Of a DNA stretch of 64,000 bases, positions 30,728 to 40,216 are shown one piece after another (position 1 is the first letter of the stretch; each line of letters opens with the position of its first letter). The stretch lies in contig CANPXT010000001.1 in the NCBI GenBank assembly GCA_947586835.1, forward strand, positions 44,543-108,542, read 5' to 3'. The notes below the pieces were generated by a model, which was given only the letters and a program-made list of their open reading frames with translations, was not told where the DNA came from and made no database searches. Both the position numbers and the translations under genes were made by a program. The stretch is from an uncultured Alphaproteobacteria bacterium. GTDB taxonomy: Bacteria; Pseudomonadota; Alphaproteobacteria; CAAHEQ01; UBA3637.

Positions 30728-32054
30728 AAAAGCATTGATTGTAATCAGTATTTTTTTGTTGGCTGTTTTTTCCGATAATTTAAATGAAAAACCACATGCC
30801 TGCATTTGGTTAAAACCCGGCAATTTATTTGAAACCCGCTTTGTATTGTCTTTTATGCAAAAATTAACGGATGAAAATATTTATCCGATTTATTCACCGT
30901 TTTGTGACAAAAACGGTGCTTTTATCATTGCAAATGAAATGCTTCAAACGCCTTTAGTACAAACAATGCCTGTCTTTTTGGTGGATTTCGGTCGATTAAA
31001 ATTTTTCCCGACAAATAACAATCCCCAATATACACATCTTTTTTATTTTAACAAAAAAAATGCTCCTGTATTGCCTGACTTTCTGCAACCATCCCTTTCC
31101 GTTACTTATGTTTCTCCCGATTCTCCCGAAACGGCGGCAAATGAAATTTCCTCATTTATTTTAAAGGATAAATGGTTAAATTTTTACATTTTGGAAAGTA
31201 TGTCAGGTTCCGGATTAGGTAATCAACTGTTTCTTTATGCTGCCGGATTAAGCTACGCCAACCGCTTCCACAAAAAATTTCTGTGGCGTAATCCGGAAAT
31301 TATAACAACTTTTGAGTTGGGTTCACAAGAATTTATCTTATATTATACTCCTTTTACAATGGCGTTGAAAAAAAGATTATCAAACTTATCTAACCGAGCA
31401 AGCTATTCACACAATTATAACCAAAGTTTATATCAACGTTCCGATATTGTTTTAATCGACGGATATCATCAGGCTTATAAAAACATTGAAAACAATGTGG
31501 CTTATCTTCAAAAAAAGCTCAAATTTAAACCGTTGACAGAAAAAGAAAATATAATGTTAGCCCAAAAACTGCAATCACAAAACAGTGTTTGTCTGCATGT
31601 GCGATTGGGCGATTATGTTTCAAACGGGTATCCTAATTTAGTTCGTTCAAACTATTACCAAAATTCAGTCGATTACATTTTAAAACGAATACCTGATCCC
31701 ACGTTTTATGTTTTTTCAAATAATCCGGAAGAAGCCGAAAAGCAATTAAAGTTATCCGTTTCGTTTGAAGTTGTTCGCGTTAATCAACAGAAGGCAGATT
31801 TTAGAGATATGCAGTTGATGAGCTTATGCAAACATAATATAATTGCTAATTCCTCTTTTTCATGGTGGGCTGCACTGTTGAATAAAAATCCCGATAAAAT
31901 TGTCATGTATCCGGATATATGGGATTGGGCAGATGAAAATTGGATAAATTATATGCGCGTGCCGGGGTGGATTGAAATTGACAGCGGTATTATGTATAAT
32001 AAGCAGTTACAAAAATTTATTTATCCGTCATATAAAAAGGAAAAATCTGAATGA
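30693..32054 (+). CDS. GT11-family alpha-1,2-fucosyltransferase-like protein with N-terminal TM anchor plus ~160-aa extension
   Basis: GT11 motifs GLGNQLFLYAAG, HVRLGDY and SSFSWWAALLN in the C-terminal 280 aa. N-terminal hydrophobic helix (ALIVISIFLLAVF). Overlaps the permease end by 35 nt. Confidence 0.75.
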   Translation: MKAATGLIFTIKKALIVISIFLLAVFSDNLNEKPHACIWLKPGNLFETRFVLSFMQKLTDENIYPIYSPFCDKNGAFIIANEMLQTPLVQTMPVFLVDFGRLKFFPTNNNPQYTHLFYFNKKNAPVLPDFLQPSLSVTYVSPDSPETAANEISSFILKDKWLNFYILESMSGSGLGNQLFLYAAGLSYANRFHKKFLWRNPEIITTFELGSQEFILYYTPFTMALKKRLSNLSNRASYSHNYNQSLYQRSDIVLIDGYHQAYKNIENNVAYLQKKLKFKPLTEKENIMLAQKLQSQNSVCLHVRLGDYVSNGYPNLVRSNYYQNSVDYILKRIPDPTFYVFSNNPEEAEKQLKLSVSFEVVRVNQQKADFRDMQLMSLCKHNIIANSSFSWWAALLNKNPDKIVMYPDIWDWADENWINYMRVPGWIEIDSGIMYNKQLQKFIYPSYKKEKSE

Positions 32055-32626
32055 AATATAATAATAAAAAGAAAAAAGAAGAACCGTTTCGTCCGTGTGA
32101 TTATCCCGGCTGTCCGGAAAACGGGCAGTTTCGGGCACCAAAAGACAGAAATTTAAACACTTATTATTGGTTTTGTTTAAAGCATGTGACCGAATATAAT
32201 AAAAATTGGGATTTTTATCAAGGGTTATCCGGTGATGAAATTGAACAGCATATTCAAAATGATATGACTTGGCAACGTCCGACATGGAAACTCGGGCACA
32301 ATCAAACTTTTCGACGTATGACAAATAATTTGCACGATTCATTCGGCTTTTTTAATGAAGAAGAACTCGGCATGAGCGGAAAATATAATCCGCCGCGCAC
32401 TCAAGATACAACAGATAAAAAATTAATTGCCGCCGTTAAATTTTTGGAACTTTCATTTCCGCTTGATTCGACGGAGATGAAAAAACAATTTAAAAAATTG
32501 GCAAAAAAATATCATCCCGATACCAACGGCGGTGATAATAAAAATGAAGCATTGTTTAAAGAGTTACTTGATCATTATCGATATTTAACGGCTTATTTAT
32601 CTTTACATAACAAGGTTAACAAGTAA
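32051..32626 (+). CDS. J-domain (DnaJ-like) protein with N-terminal Cys-rich motif
   Basis: C-terminal J domain (KKYHPDTNGGD…). N-terminal CDYPGC…YYWFCLKHVTEYNKNW motif, a family conserved in alphaproteobacteria. ATGA overlap with the upstream stop. Confidence 0.7.
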   Translation: MKYNNKKKKEEPFRPCDYPGCPENGQFRAPKDRNLNTYYWFCLKHVTEYNKNWDFYQGLSGDEIEQHIQNDMTWQRPTWKLGHNQTFRRMTNNLHDSFGFFNEEELGMSGKYNPPRTQDTTDKKLIAAVKFLELSFPLDSTEMKKQFKKLAKKYHPDTNGGDNKNEALFKELLDHYRYLTAYLSLHNKVNK

Positions 32627-33992
32627 AAGCATTTTTTGCCAACCCTGCCAGTGACGTTTCTTTATAGCCGCTGGACAGATTTTGCCCCGTTTCCAGCATG
32701 GTTTTAATCACGCTATCTAATGTAACTAAATGATTACCGTTGCCGCGAATGGCCAACCGTGCCGCATTAACAGCTTTAACAGCGCTGATGGCATTTCGCT
32801 CGATACAGGGAACTTGCACCAAGCCGCATACGGGATCACACGTCAGCCCCAAGTGATGCTCCATGGCAATTTCTGCCGCATTTTCAATTTGTGCCGTTGA
32901 TCCGCCCATGGCTGCCGTCAATCCCGCAGCTGCCATTGAAGCCGCTACACCGATTTCACCCTGACAACCGACTTCCGCACCCGAAATGGAAGCGTTTGTG
33001 CGATATAAACTGCAAACAGCAGATGCCGTTAAGAGAAATAATCCTTGTCCGATGGCAATATCAAACGGTGATTTTTTTGAGGCAAACCGAGAAAAATAAC
33101 GCAAAACGGCAGGAATAACACCGGCAGATCCCATGGTCGGCGCAGTAACAATTTGTCCGCCACAGGCATTTTCTTCGGCAACGGCAAATGCCCACAAGTT
33201 AATCCAATCAACAATCATTAAAGGATCTTCATCGTTTTGATGAAATTTTTCTTCCAATCGACGATAAATTGTCGGTGCTCGTCGTGATAAATTTAATTCT
33301 CCCGGCAGTTTCCCTTCCGTAACAATGCCTTTTTCAATACAATTATTCATCACATGCAGCAACCGTTCCGTATAACTTTTAACCGCTTTAAACGAATGCA
33401 ATGCTTCCTCGTTTCTGAAAACAACATCGGCAATGCTCATTCTGTTTTCACGGCAAATTTTTAATAATTCAGCACCGGTATTAAAGGGATACGGCACATT
33501 TTTTTGAACGATTTTCGGCTGTTCTTCACCATCACGAATAATAGTCCCGCCACCGATGGAATAATAAACATCTTCATACAAAATCTCTCCGTCAGAATTA
33601 AATACCTGAAACTTTAATCCGTTGGAATGGCGCGGTAAAAATGTTTGTTTTTCCAAAACAATATCGGTATTTTTACGAAAATCAATTTCTTTGACACCGG
33701 CTAATAAAAGCTTATGTGTTTCTTCAATTTTAGCAATATAATTTTGGGATAAATCAATCGTATCAGCCTTTAAGCCCATTAATCCGTAAATGACGGCATT
33801 CGGTGTACCATGACCAATTCCCGTTAACGCCAAAGAACCGTATAAAGTGACTTGAATACGCGTTATATTTTGAAGGCATTTTTTTTCTTTCAGAGAAGTG
33901 ATAAAAGCAAGCGCCGCCCGCATCGGTCCGACCGTATGCGAGCTGGATGGGCCGATTCCGATTGAAAAAACATCAAAATAACTGTAATACAT
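32616..33992 (-). CDS. sdaA: L-serine dehydratase (4Fe-4S, single-chain)
   Basis: 458 aa. Beta domain ([13 protein letters not shown]) and alpha domain with conserved cysteines. Confidence 0.9.
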   Translation of the reverse strand: MYYSYFDVFSIGIGPSSSHTVGPMRAALAFITSLKEKKCLQNITRIQVTLYGSLALTGIGHGTPNAVIYGLMGLKADTIDLSQNYIAKIEETHKLLLAGVKEIDFRKNTDIVLEKQTFLPRHSNGLKFQVFNSDGEILYEDVYYSIGGGTIIRDGEEQPKIVQKNVPYPFNTGAELLKICRENRMSIADVVFRNEEALHSFKAVKSYTERLLHVMNNCIEKGIVTEGKLPGELNLSRRAPTIYRRLEEKFHQNDEDPLMIVDWINLWAFAVAEENACGGQIVTAPTMGSAGVIPAVLRYFSRFASKKSPFDIAIGQGLFLLTASAVCSLYRTNASISGAEVGCQGEIGVAASMAAAGLTAAMGGSTAQIENAAEIAMEHHLGLTCDPVCGLVQVPCIERNAISAVKAVNAARLAIRGNGNHLVTLDSVIKTMLETGQNLSSGYKETSLAGLAKNAFTC

Positions 33993-34024
33993 TGTTTATC
34001 CCCAATCAAAATTTTATCTTATGA

Positions 34025-34055
34025 AAAAAAGCACCCGTAAAAAAGTGCTTTTTTA
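34025..34055 (-). terminator. terminator after rpsT
   Basis: AAGCAC-loop-GTGCTT hairpin with T-run on the minus strand. Confidence 0.5.
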
Positions 34056-34079
34056 AATATAATAAAGAACACGTCCGTT

Positions 34080-34340
34080 TTACATTTTTTTAACGGCATT
34101 AGCCAAACGCGAAACTTTTCGAGAAGCATTTTTCTTGTGAATCACTTTTTTACCGGCAGCACGCATTAAAGCCGATTCAGCGGATTTAAAGCTGGATTCG
34201 GCAGCTTCTTTATCACCCGCAGCAATAGCGGCTCTTGTTTTTTTGACGGCTGTTCTGACGGCATTTAAGCGGTCGGAATTAATTTTTGCTCTCTTTGCGT
34301 TGCGTTTGACACGTGTTTTTGCAGATGCAATATTAGCCAT
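34080..34340 (-). CDS. rpsT: 30S ribosomal protein S20
   Basis: 86 aa, MANIASAKTRVKRN… typical of S20. Confidence 0.9.
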   Translation of the reverse strand: MANIASAKTRVKRNAKRAKINSDRLNAVRTAVKKTRAAIAAGDKEAAESSFKSAESALMRAAGKKVIHKKNASRKVSRLANAVKKM

Positions 34341-34437
34341 ATTTTTTTCCTCAACAAAAAATAATTAATTTACAGGATATAATTTATACACCAAAAAAAA
34401 AGAAAAGTCAACCGTTTTTCGAACGAAATATTCATTT

Positions 34438-34797
34438 TTATTCAGACGGATTGCTCATCGTTGTTTCAAACCGCACAACAGCCGGTTTTGATTCTTTTAA
34501 AACAGTAATGACAAGAGAATCTTTTTCTCGGACGAATCGATTATCTTTTTCAACACGCCATCCGAGTGCCGATAAGGCTTGCCGATAATAGGCAGTAATT
34601 TTTCGACCGGTTAATGATTGTCCCGTGGCATTCACGGTTCGAATTTGTCCCGCAGGAGTATCAAAATCAATATTAGCCGTCGGATTCACACTTAACCCCT
34701 CCATTAAAGGTACATCTTCCGTACCGGGCAAAAAAGCATCGTCCGCACACGCGAGAGAAGATAGGAATAAAAAGCTTAAAAAGAGTGCTTTTTTCAT
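34438..34797 (-). CDS. secreted/lipoprotein hypothetical
   Basis: Signal peptide ending in LAC; 119 aa; no known domain. Confidence 0.45.
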   Translation of the reverse strand: MKKALFLSFLFLSSLACADDAFLPGTEDVPLMEGLSVNPTANIDFDTPAGQIRTVNATGQSLTGRKITAYYRQALSALGWRVEKDNRFVREKDSLVITVLKESKPAVVRFETTMSNPSE

Positions 34798-35600
34798 TTT
34801 TTCATTCGATCACTTTCGTTAAAAATATTGTCAACCGCCGGTTTGGAATTAGCTTTTTCCTGATTACCGCCAATTCTTGACTTATCTTGTGTTTTATTAT
34901 CCGATTGTTCCTTTTTTCGGGTTTGTTCCGACTTTTTCGTTTGATCCGTCTGTTCCCCGGCTTTTTCCGCATTCACATTTTGCTCGCCGGGTTGAATCAA
35001 TTCGGGCGGCTCAAAATGCACACCTAATATTTCATCAATTTCTTTATTGATATTTTCCAATATCTCTTTTTTCTCTTTCAATAACTCTTCTTGAGCAGCC
35101 AGATTTCCATTTTTTGTTTGATTCATTTCCGGCAACATCGGTTCAATCGTTTGAGTTGCCAACTTAATTTCATCGGCAGACAGCACCTGCTCTAACGTTA
35201 AAGCTAATTGTTCGGCTTCTTTACTGCCGTTCAATGATGCCAAAAAAGCCCAGCGATAAGCGACAATATCATTTTGCGGTAAGATTAAGCCTTTATTATA
35301 AAGCTGGGCAACACGATATTGTGCTTTAACATGTCCCTGAATAGCGGCAGACAAAAGACAATAACCGGCATTGTTCCGTGTTTCTCCTTTTTCCAGCAAA
35401 AACAATTCGCCTTGATCATATAACTCATCGGGTGACGGCATAAACACACCGCCGTGCGCTTCATCGAATTGACCGTCACACTGAGCGGGAATCATTGTTT
35501 CATTATTATTATCGTCATAACTCCAAAAGACATTTTGTGCCTGAGCCGATGCAATCGGCAATATAGAGAGTGCCATTACTGTTAAAATTATCCGACGCAT
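34794..35600 (-). CDS. secreted Sel1-repeat protein with K/E/Q-rich disordered tail
   Basis: Signal peptide and Sel1-like repeats (…AQYRVAQLYNKG…AYRWAFLA…). Confidence 0.55.
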   Translation of the reverse strand: MRRIILTVMALSILPIASAQAQNVFWSYDDNNNETMIPAQCDGQFDEAHGGVFMPSPDELYDQGELFLLEKGETRNNAGYCLLSAAIQGHVKAQYRVAQLYNKGLILPQNDIVAYRWAFLASLNGSKEAEQLALTLEQVLSADEIKLATQTIEPMLPEMNQTKNGNLAAQEELLKEKKEILENINKEIDEILGVHFEPPELIQPGEQNVNAEKAGEQTDQTKKSEQTRKKEQSDNKTQDKSRIGGNQEKANSKPAVDNIFNESDRMKK

Positions 35601-35682
35601 AAATCCTCCTATTCTTTCTCTTTATTATTCATACATTTTTTTTTAAATTGTGCAAGAATAAAATTCATTTTTCCTTAAAAAA

Positions 35683-37467
35683 CTATTCTTTCCACCATGT
35701 GGAAATATCAGGACCCTTCAATGGTGAAACATTCGGAAAATGTATTTTATCCCAAATCAGAAAACGCAATTCGGGCGAATACCAATGGGGCACGACAAAT
35801 TTTTGTGACAATAAGATTCTGTCTAATGCTTGGGTAGCTGTTATTAATTCTTCCTGCGAATGCGCTTGAATTAACGTTTCGATGACCGAATCGATTAAAT
35901 TGTTTTGAATACCGCTGTAATTCATTGATCCTTCACTGACAGCTGCCTGCGATCCCCAAAAATATCGTTGCTCATTACCGGGCGAAAGAGATTGTCCCCA
36001 AACAGAGACAATCATATCATAATCATACGAATCTAATCGATTTTTGTATTGAATGGCATCAACGCTTCTAACGCGCGCTTGAATTCCCAATCGTCTTAAT
36101 AAGCCGATATACGGTAAAACTACACGTTCCCAAACACCGCTGCTTCCCGATTCGAGTAAAATTTCAAACGTAAACGGTTGCCCGTATTGATTTTGCAAAA
36201 CACCGTTCTTTACATACCATCCGGCTGTATTGAGCAAATTGAGAGCCGTTTGCAGCTTTTGCCGCAATGACTTTGATTTGACAAAAGGCGTTGTGCTTAT
36301 GTCGGGAATGTCATTTTCCGTTACTCCCAATTTTTGCCATAATTTTTTTTCGTTCTCCGTCGGTATTAAGGGCGCTTTCAAATCGGAATTATCAAAAAAG
36401 CTTTCCGTTTGATGATATAAACCGTAAAATAAATTTTGATTCATCCAATGAAAATCAAACACACCGATTAAAGCTTCCCGCACAAAAATATTTTGGAAAA
36501 TTTTACGTCGTAAATTAAAGACAAACCCTTGCATACCGCTCGGAAGGCGGTGTGAAAAAGAAACAGCCTTAATTCGAGGAAATTTATCGGCATCTTTTTG
36601 GAATTGAACCCATTTTTTGGCTTCATTTTCTTGGCGAATATCAAACAAACCGGATTTAAAAGCTTCCATAGCCACGGTGGTATCTCTGAAATATTCATAA
36701 CTGATTTTATCAAAGTTATAAAAACCGCGATTAACATTTAAATCTGATGCCCAATAGTCAGGATTTCGCCGATAAACAATTTTTCTACCGGGTTGAAACG
36801 AATCAATCAAGTACGGACCACTGCCGATCGGAACGGTTAAATCGGTGCGATCAAAATTTTTCGATTGCCAATCTTTTTTGGGAAATATCGGTAATTCACC
36901 CAAAATAAACGGTAATTCCCGATTTTGCGAATCGGCTCGGAAATGAAACACAACCGTTTGCGAATCGGGCGCCGTTACCGATTCCACATCTTGATAATAA
37001 TAGCGATATGTCGGAACACCCTTGGCTTTTAAAGTTTCAAAAGAAAAAATAACATCCTGTGCCAAAATGGGTGAGCCGTCCTGAAAGCGAGCCTTAGGAT
37101 TAATATGAAACACAACGCCTTTCTTATCGGGCAAAATAAAAATACCGTCGGCAATTAAACCGTAAAGCGAAAACGCTTCATCGGCACTTGACTTCATCAA
37201 AGTGTCAAACAAAAGCCCGATACCGGCCGGCGCCATACCGTTAACGGAAAACGGATTAAACGTATCAAAAGAGCCGAACGCACTTTGCCGAAGCGTCCCT
37301 GTTTTAGGCGCTTGAACATTGACATAATCAAATGCTTGAAAATCATCGGCATATTTCGGCTTTCCATGCATGGAAACGGCCGATTGAAACGAATAAGGTT
37401 CAACAGCTCGTGCGGCAAATCCAATCAAAAGAAAAACGAAAGTGAAAAAAATTTTCATTTGACACAC
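35683..37467 (-). CDS. ABC transporter substrate-binding protein, family 5 (peptide/YejA-like), orphan
   Basis: 594 aa, signal peptide, SBP_bac_5 architecture. No permease or ATPase genes adjacent. Confidence 0.8.
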   Translation of the reverse strand: MCQMKIFFTFVFLLIGFAARAVEPYSFQSAVSMHGKPKYADDFQAFDYVNVQAPKTGTLRQSAFGSFDTFNPFSVNGMAPAGIGLLFDTLMKSSADEAFSLYGLIADGIFILPDKKGVVFHINPKARFQDGSPILAQDVIFSFETLKAKGVPTYRYYYQDVESVTAPDSQTVVFHFRADSQNRELPFILGELPIFPKKDWQSKNFDRTDLTVPIGSGPYLIDSFQPGRKIVYRRNPDYWASDLNVNRGFYNFDKISYEYFRDTTVAMEAFKSGLFDIRQENEAKKWVQFQKDADKFPRIKAVSFSHRLPSGMQGFVFNLRRKIFQNIFVREALIGVFDFHWMNQNLFYGLYHQTESFFDNSDLKAPLIPTENEKKLWQKLGVTENDIPDISTTPFVKSKSLRQKLQTALNLLNTAGWYVKNGVLQNQYGQPFTFEILLESGSSGVWERVVLPYIGLLRRLGIQARVRSVDAIQYKNRLDSYDYDMIVSVWGQSLSPGNEQRYFWGSQAAVSEGSMNYSGIQNNLIDSVIETLIQAHSQEELITATQALDRILLSQKFVVPHWYSPELRFLIWDKIHFPNVSPLKGPDISTWWKE

Positions 37468-37469
37468 AT

Positions 37470-37688
37470 TTATTTATTGTCACCGAGTTCAACCGCGTCG
37501 ACGGATATTGAACGGGTGGCGGAGGATAATTTTAACATTTTTTCCATTTGCATTAATTGCGCCGTCATATATTGAAAACCTTGTTTTTGGCGTTTTAAAA
37601 ACAAAATCAAAAGCACAACAACGGTCGTGGCAACACACATATTCCCGAAAATAAGCAAATAAATACCGAGTAAAAATAAGTTTGACAT
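37470..37688 (-). CDS. small single-TM membrane protein
   Basis: 72 aa with one hydrophobic helix, immediately upstream of the SBP gene. Confidence 0.35.
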   Translation of the reverse strand: MSNLFLLGIYLLIFGNMCVATTVVVLLILFLKRQKQGFQYMTAQLMQMEKMLKLSSATRSISVDAVELGDNK

Positions 37689-37777
37689 TTTTTTCCTTTT
37701 GATGGTGAATAAATAACTTTACTTTTTTTTTCGTCTTTACTATACTACAAAAAAATAGTTAAGTAAAGGAAAACAGA

Positions 37778-38731
37778 ATGCAATATTTGGATTTTGAACA
37801 AACAATTGCCGAAATTGATAATCGTATTGAAGAAATTAAACTCAAACTGATTAATGACGAAAAAGGCGCTTCGGAACTGGACAGATTACACGCAAAAAAA
37901 GAAAAAGCTTTAACGGGATTATATAAAAACTTAACGGCTTGGCAAAAATCAGCCGTGGCACGTCATGAAAATCGCCCGCATACCACTGATTATTTAAATG
38001 AAATTTTCACAAATTTTTGTCCGTTAAGCGGCGATCGTAATTTTGCCGACGATCAAGCCATTATCGGCGGGTTTGCCAAACTCGGCAATCGAACGGTTAT
38101 GGTAATCGGCCACGAAAAAGGACACGATACCGAAAGTCGTTTATTACATAACTTCGGTATGGCAAAACCGGAAGGATATCGTAAAGCCATTCGGTTAATG
38201 AAATTGGCTGAACAATTTAATGTACCCGTTATCACGTTGGTTGATACCGCCGGCGCTTTTCCGGGTATGGAAGGAGAAGAACGCGGACAAGGGCAAGCTA
38301 TTGCCGCCGGCACGGAAACGTGTTTAGATTTAAAGGTTCCGCTTATCTCTTGCATTATCGGTGAAGGCGGTTCGGGCGGTGCTATCGCATTGGCTGCCGG
38401 TAACATTGTTTTAATGCTTGAAAACTCAATTTATTCCGTTATCTCTCCCGAAGGGTGTGCTTCTATTTTGTGGAAAGATGCCAAAATGGCGCCCAAAGCG
38501 GCTGAAATTTTGCATTTAACGGCGCAAGATTTACTCAAACTCGGCATTATTGATTCCATTATTACCGAACCGATCGGCGGAGCGCAACGGCATCCCAAAG
38601 AAACCATGGAAAATGTGCGGTTTGCTTTGGAAAAATATTTGACTCAATTGGAAAAATTATCGCCTGATGAATTAAAAACACATCGACATGAGAAATTTTT
38701 AACCATGACGCGGTTAAATGAGGCGGGATAA
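37778..38731 (+). CDS. accA: acetyl-CoA carboxylase carboxyltransferase alpha subunit
   Basis: 317 aa. Classic AccA throughout (…GHEKG…, FGMAKPEGYRKA, GEGGSGGA). Confidence 0.95.
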   Translation: MQYLDFEQTIAEIDNRIEEIKLKLINDEKGASELDRLHAKKEKALTGLYKNLTAWQKSAVARHENRPHTTDYLNEIFTNFCPLSGDRNFADDQAIIGGFAKLGNRTVMVIGHEKGHDTESRLLHNFGMAKPEGYRKAIRLMKLAEQFNVPVITLVDTAGAFPGMEGEERGQGQAIAAGTETCLDLKVPLISCIIGEGGSGGAIALAAGNIVLMLENSIYSVISPEGCASILWKDAKMAPKAAEILHLTAQDLLKLGIIDSIITEPIGGAQRHPKETMENVRFALEKYLTQLEKLSPDELKTHRHEKFLTMTRLNEAG

Positions 38732-38790
38732 TGGAAAAAGTCAAAAGAAAAAAATTAAAGCGTCATAAAAAATTTTTAACGTTTTCTTGC
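38495..38790. repeat. direct repeat copy 1 (accA 3' end + start of fucosyltransferase), ~296 bp
   Basis: Near-identical to 40217-40512 with about 3 mismatches. Confidence 0.85.
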
Positions 38791-39855
38791 TTACTATTCT
38801 TCTTTGCTTGCTTTCTTTCTTCCGCAATTCTCACGATTTTTCTTCTTTTTTATATTTATCCCGCCACACCGGAACAAGCTGCTTTAATTCGGTGGGAACA
38901 GCTGGTTTTGCCGCCGACGAGTGACTATATTTCGGTGTTTGAGGAATTGAAAAACGTGATGAAAAAACACGGGATGACTTTTCGTTTAAAGAACCGCCCG
39001 AAATTGACGGATAATTTAATTTTTGTGGCGCGAGCCGATTATCATGTGCCTTCCCATATAAAAGCACCGGCTTATTTATGGAATGTTGAATCACCGATAA
39101 CCATTCGATTTCCGGCCATCAAGAAAGATGAAGAGCGATATTCTAAAATTTTTACTTATTCCAAGAGATTTACGGATAATAAAAAATATTTTTATGCACC
39201 CGTTCCGTTCCGATATGATAACGCTTTTCCGTATTGTCCTAATCCCGCGCGAAAAACAGTGCTGGTTTCGCAAATTGCCGGATTATATAAATACGGTAAA
39301 AAAAACGAGTTATATTTTTTGCGACAAAAATCAACCGAATGGTATGTACGCAATCATCCCGAAGATTATTTTTTATATGGTAAAGATTGGAAAGATTTCA
39401 AAAAAACATTATCATCGAAAGAGCAAGAAGCTTTTGATCGGGTTTATCATGGATATATTCCTCGAAAATCCGATGCCGTTATAAAAGCAAAATTTATATT
39501 GGCTTATGAAAACGGTATTTTTGACGGATACGTCAGCGAAAAAATTTTTGATGTTATGGCATACGGGGCTGTTCCCGTCTATATCGGCGCACCAGATATT
39601 AAAAATTATGTGCCGGAAAACTGTTTTATTGATAAAAACAAATTTCAAACGGAAGAAGCGCTATATAACTATTTAAAAAATATGACCGATGAGCAATATT
39701 ATGACTATTTGATTTGCGGATCGGAGTATATGTCACGTCCCGTTCATTATAACGATCCGCTGACGGTTTTTCACTTATTGGAAAAAGAGCTTTTTGCGCC
39801 GCGTGAAATTTTCCATCGGTTTTTTCAAAAAATAGAGCACTTGTTTTTTGTTTAG
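38731..39855 (+). CDS. GT10-family alpha-1,3/4-fucosyltransferase-like protein with basic N-terminus and TM anchor
   Basis: C-terminal FucT motif KFILAYENGIFDGYVSEKIFDVMAYGAVPVYIGAP matches H. pylori FutA and eukaryotic FUT. N-terminal MEKVKRKKLKRHKK then a TM helix. ATG overlaps the accA stop. Confidence 0.8.
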   Translation: MEKVKRKKLKRHKKFLTFSCLLFFFACFLSSAILTIFLLFYIYPATPEQAALIRWEQLVLPPTSDYISVFEELKNVMKKHGMTFRLKNRPKLTDNLIFVARADYHVPSHIKAPAYLWNVESPITIRFPAIKKDEERYSKIFTYSKRFTDNKKYFYAPVPFRYDNAFPYCPNPARKTVLVSQIAGLYKYGKKNELYFLRQKSTEWYVRNHPEDYFLYGKDWKDFKKTLSSKEQEAFDRVYHGYIPRKSDAVIKAKFILAYENGIFDGYVSEKIFDVMAYGAVPVYIGAPDIKNYVPENCFIDKNKFQTEEALYNYLKNMTDEQYYDYLICGSEYMSRPVHYNDPLTVFHLLEKELFAPREIFHRFFQKIEHLFFV

Positions 39856-39879
39856 CGAATAATGACCGGTCTGTTTCCC

Positions 39880-39956
39880 CCTATCGGCGGGTGTGGAGCG
39901 GCTTAAACAATGCCGCTCCGCTGTGGGCCGATAGGAGGAAAGTAACGGTTTTTTTT
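39880..39956 (+). terminator. GC-rich nested palindrome plus T8 (terminator-like element after the fucosyltransferase)
   Basis: Outer stem CCTATCGGC/GCCGATAGG, inner stem GGAGCGGC/GCCGCTCC, then TTTTTTTT 13 nt downstream. Confidence 0.4.
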
Positions 39957-39958
39957 AG

Positions 39959-40003
39959 AGTGTTGCACAAATTAAACGTACGATTTTTGCAACACTTTTT
40001 TTA
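39959..40003 (+). terminator. second hairpin terminator
   Basis: AGTGTTGCA-21 nt loop-TGCAACACT followed by T7. Confidence 0.45.
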
Positions 40004-40216
40004 AAATTTGTAAAAAATTTTTATTTTGCCCAAAATAATTGATTTTTCGGCTGTTTTTGGAGGGTGAATTTTGGCATTTTAAGAGCAAAAATCACCCCCG
40101 AATCAGCATTGCATTAAAGGTACGTTTAATTGTATACTGTTTTTATTAACAGCGGAAGTCGAAAAATGACAAAATATGCAAAAAACTAGCAATTAAAACA
40201 AATGGAAAATCAATTG

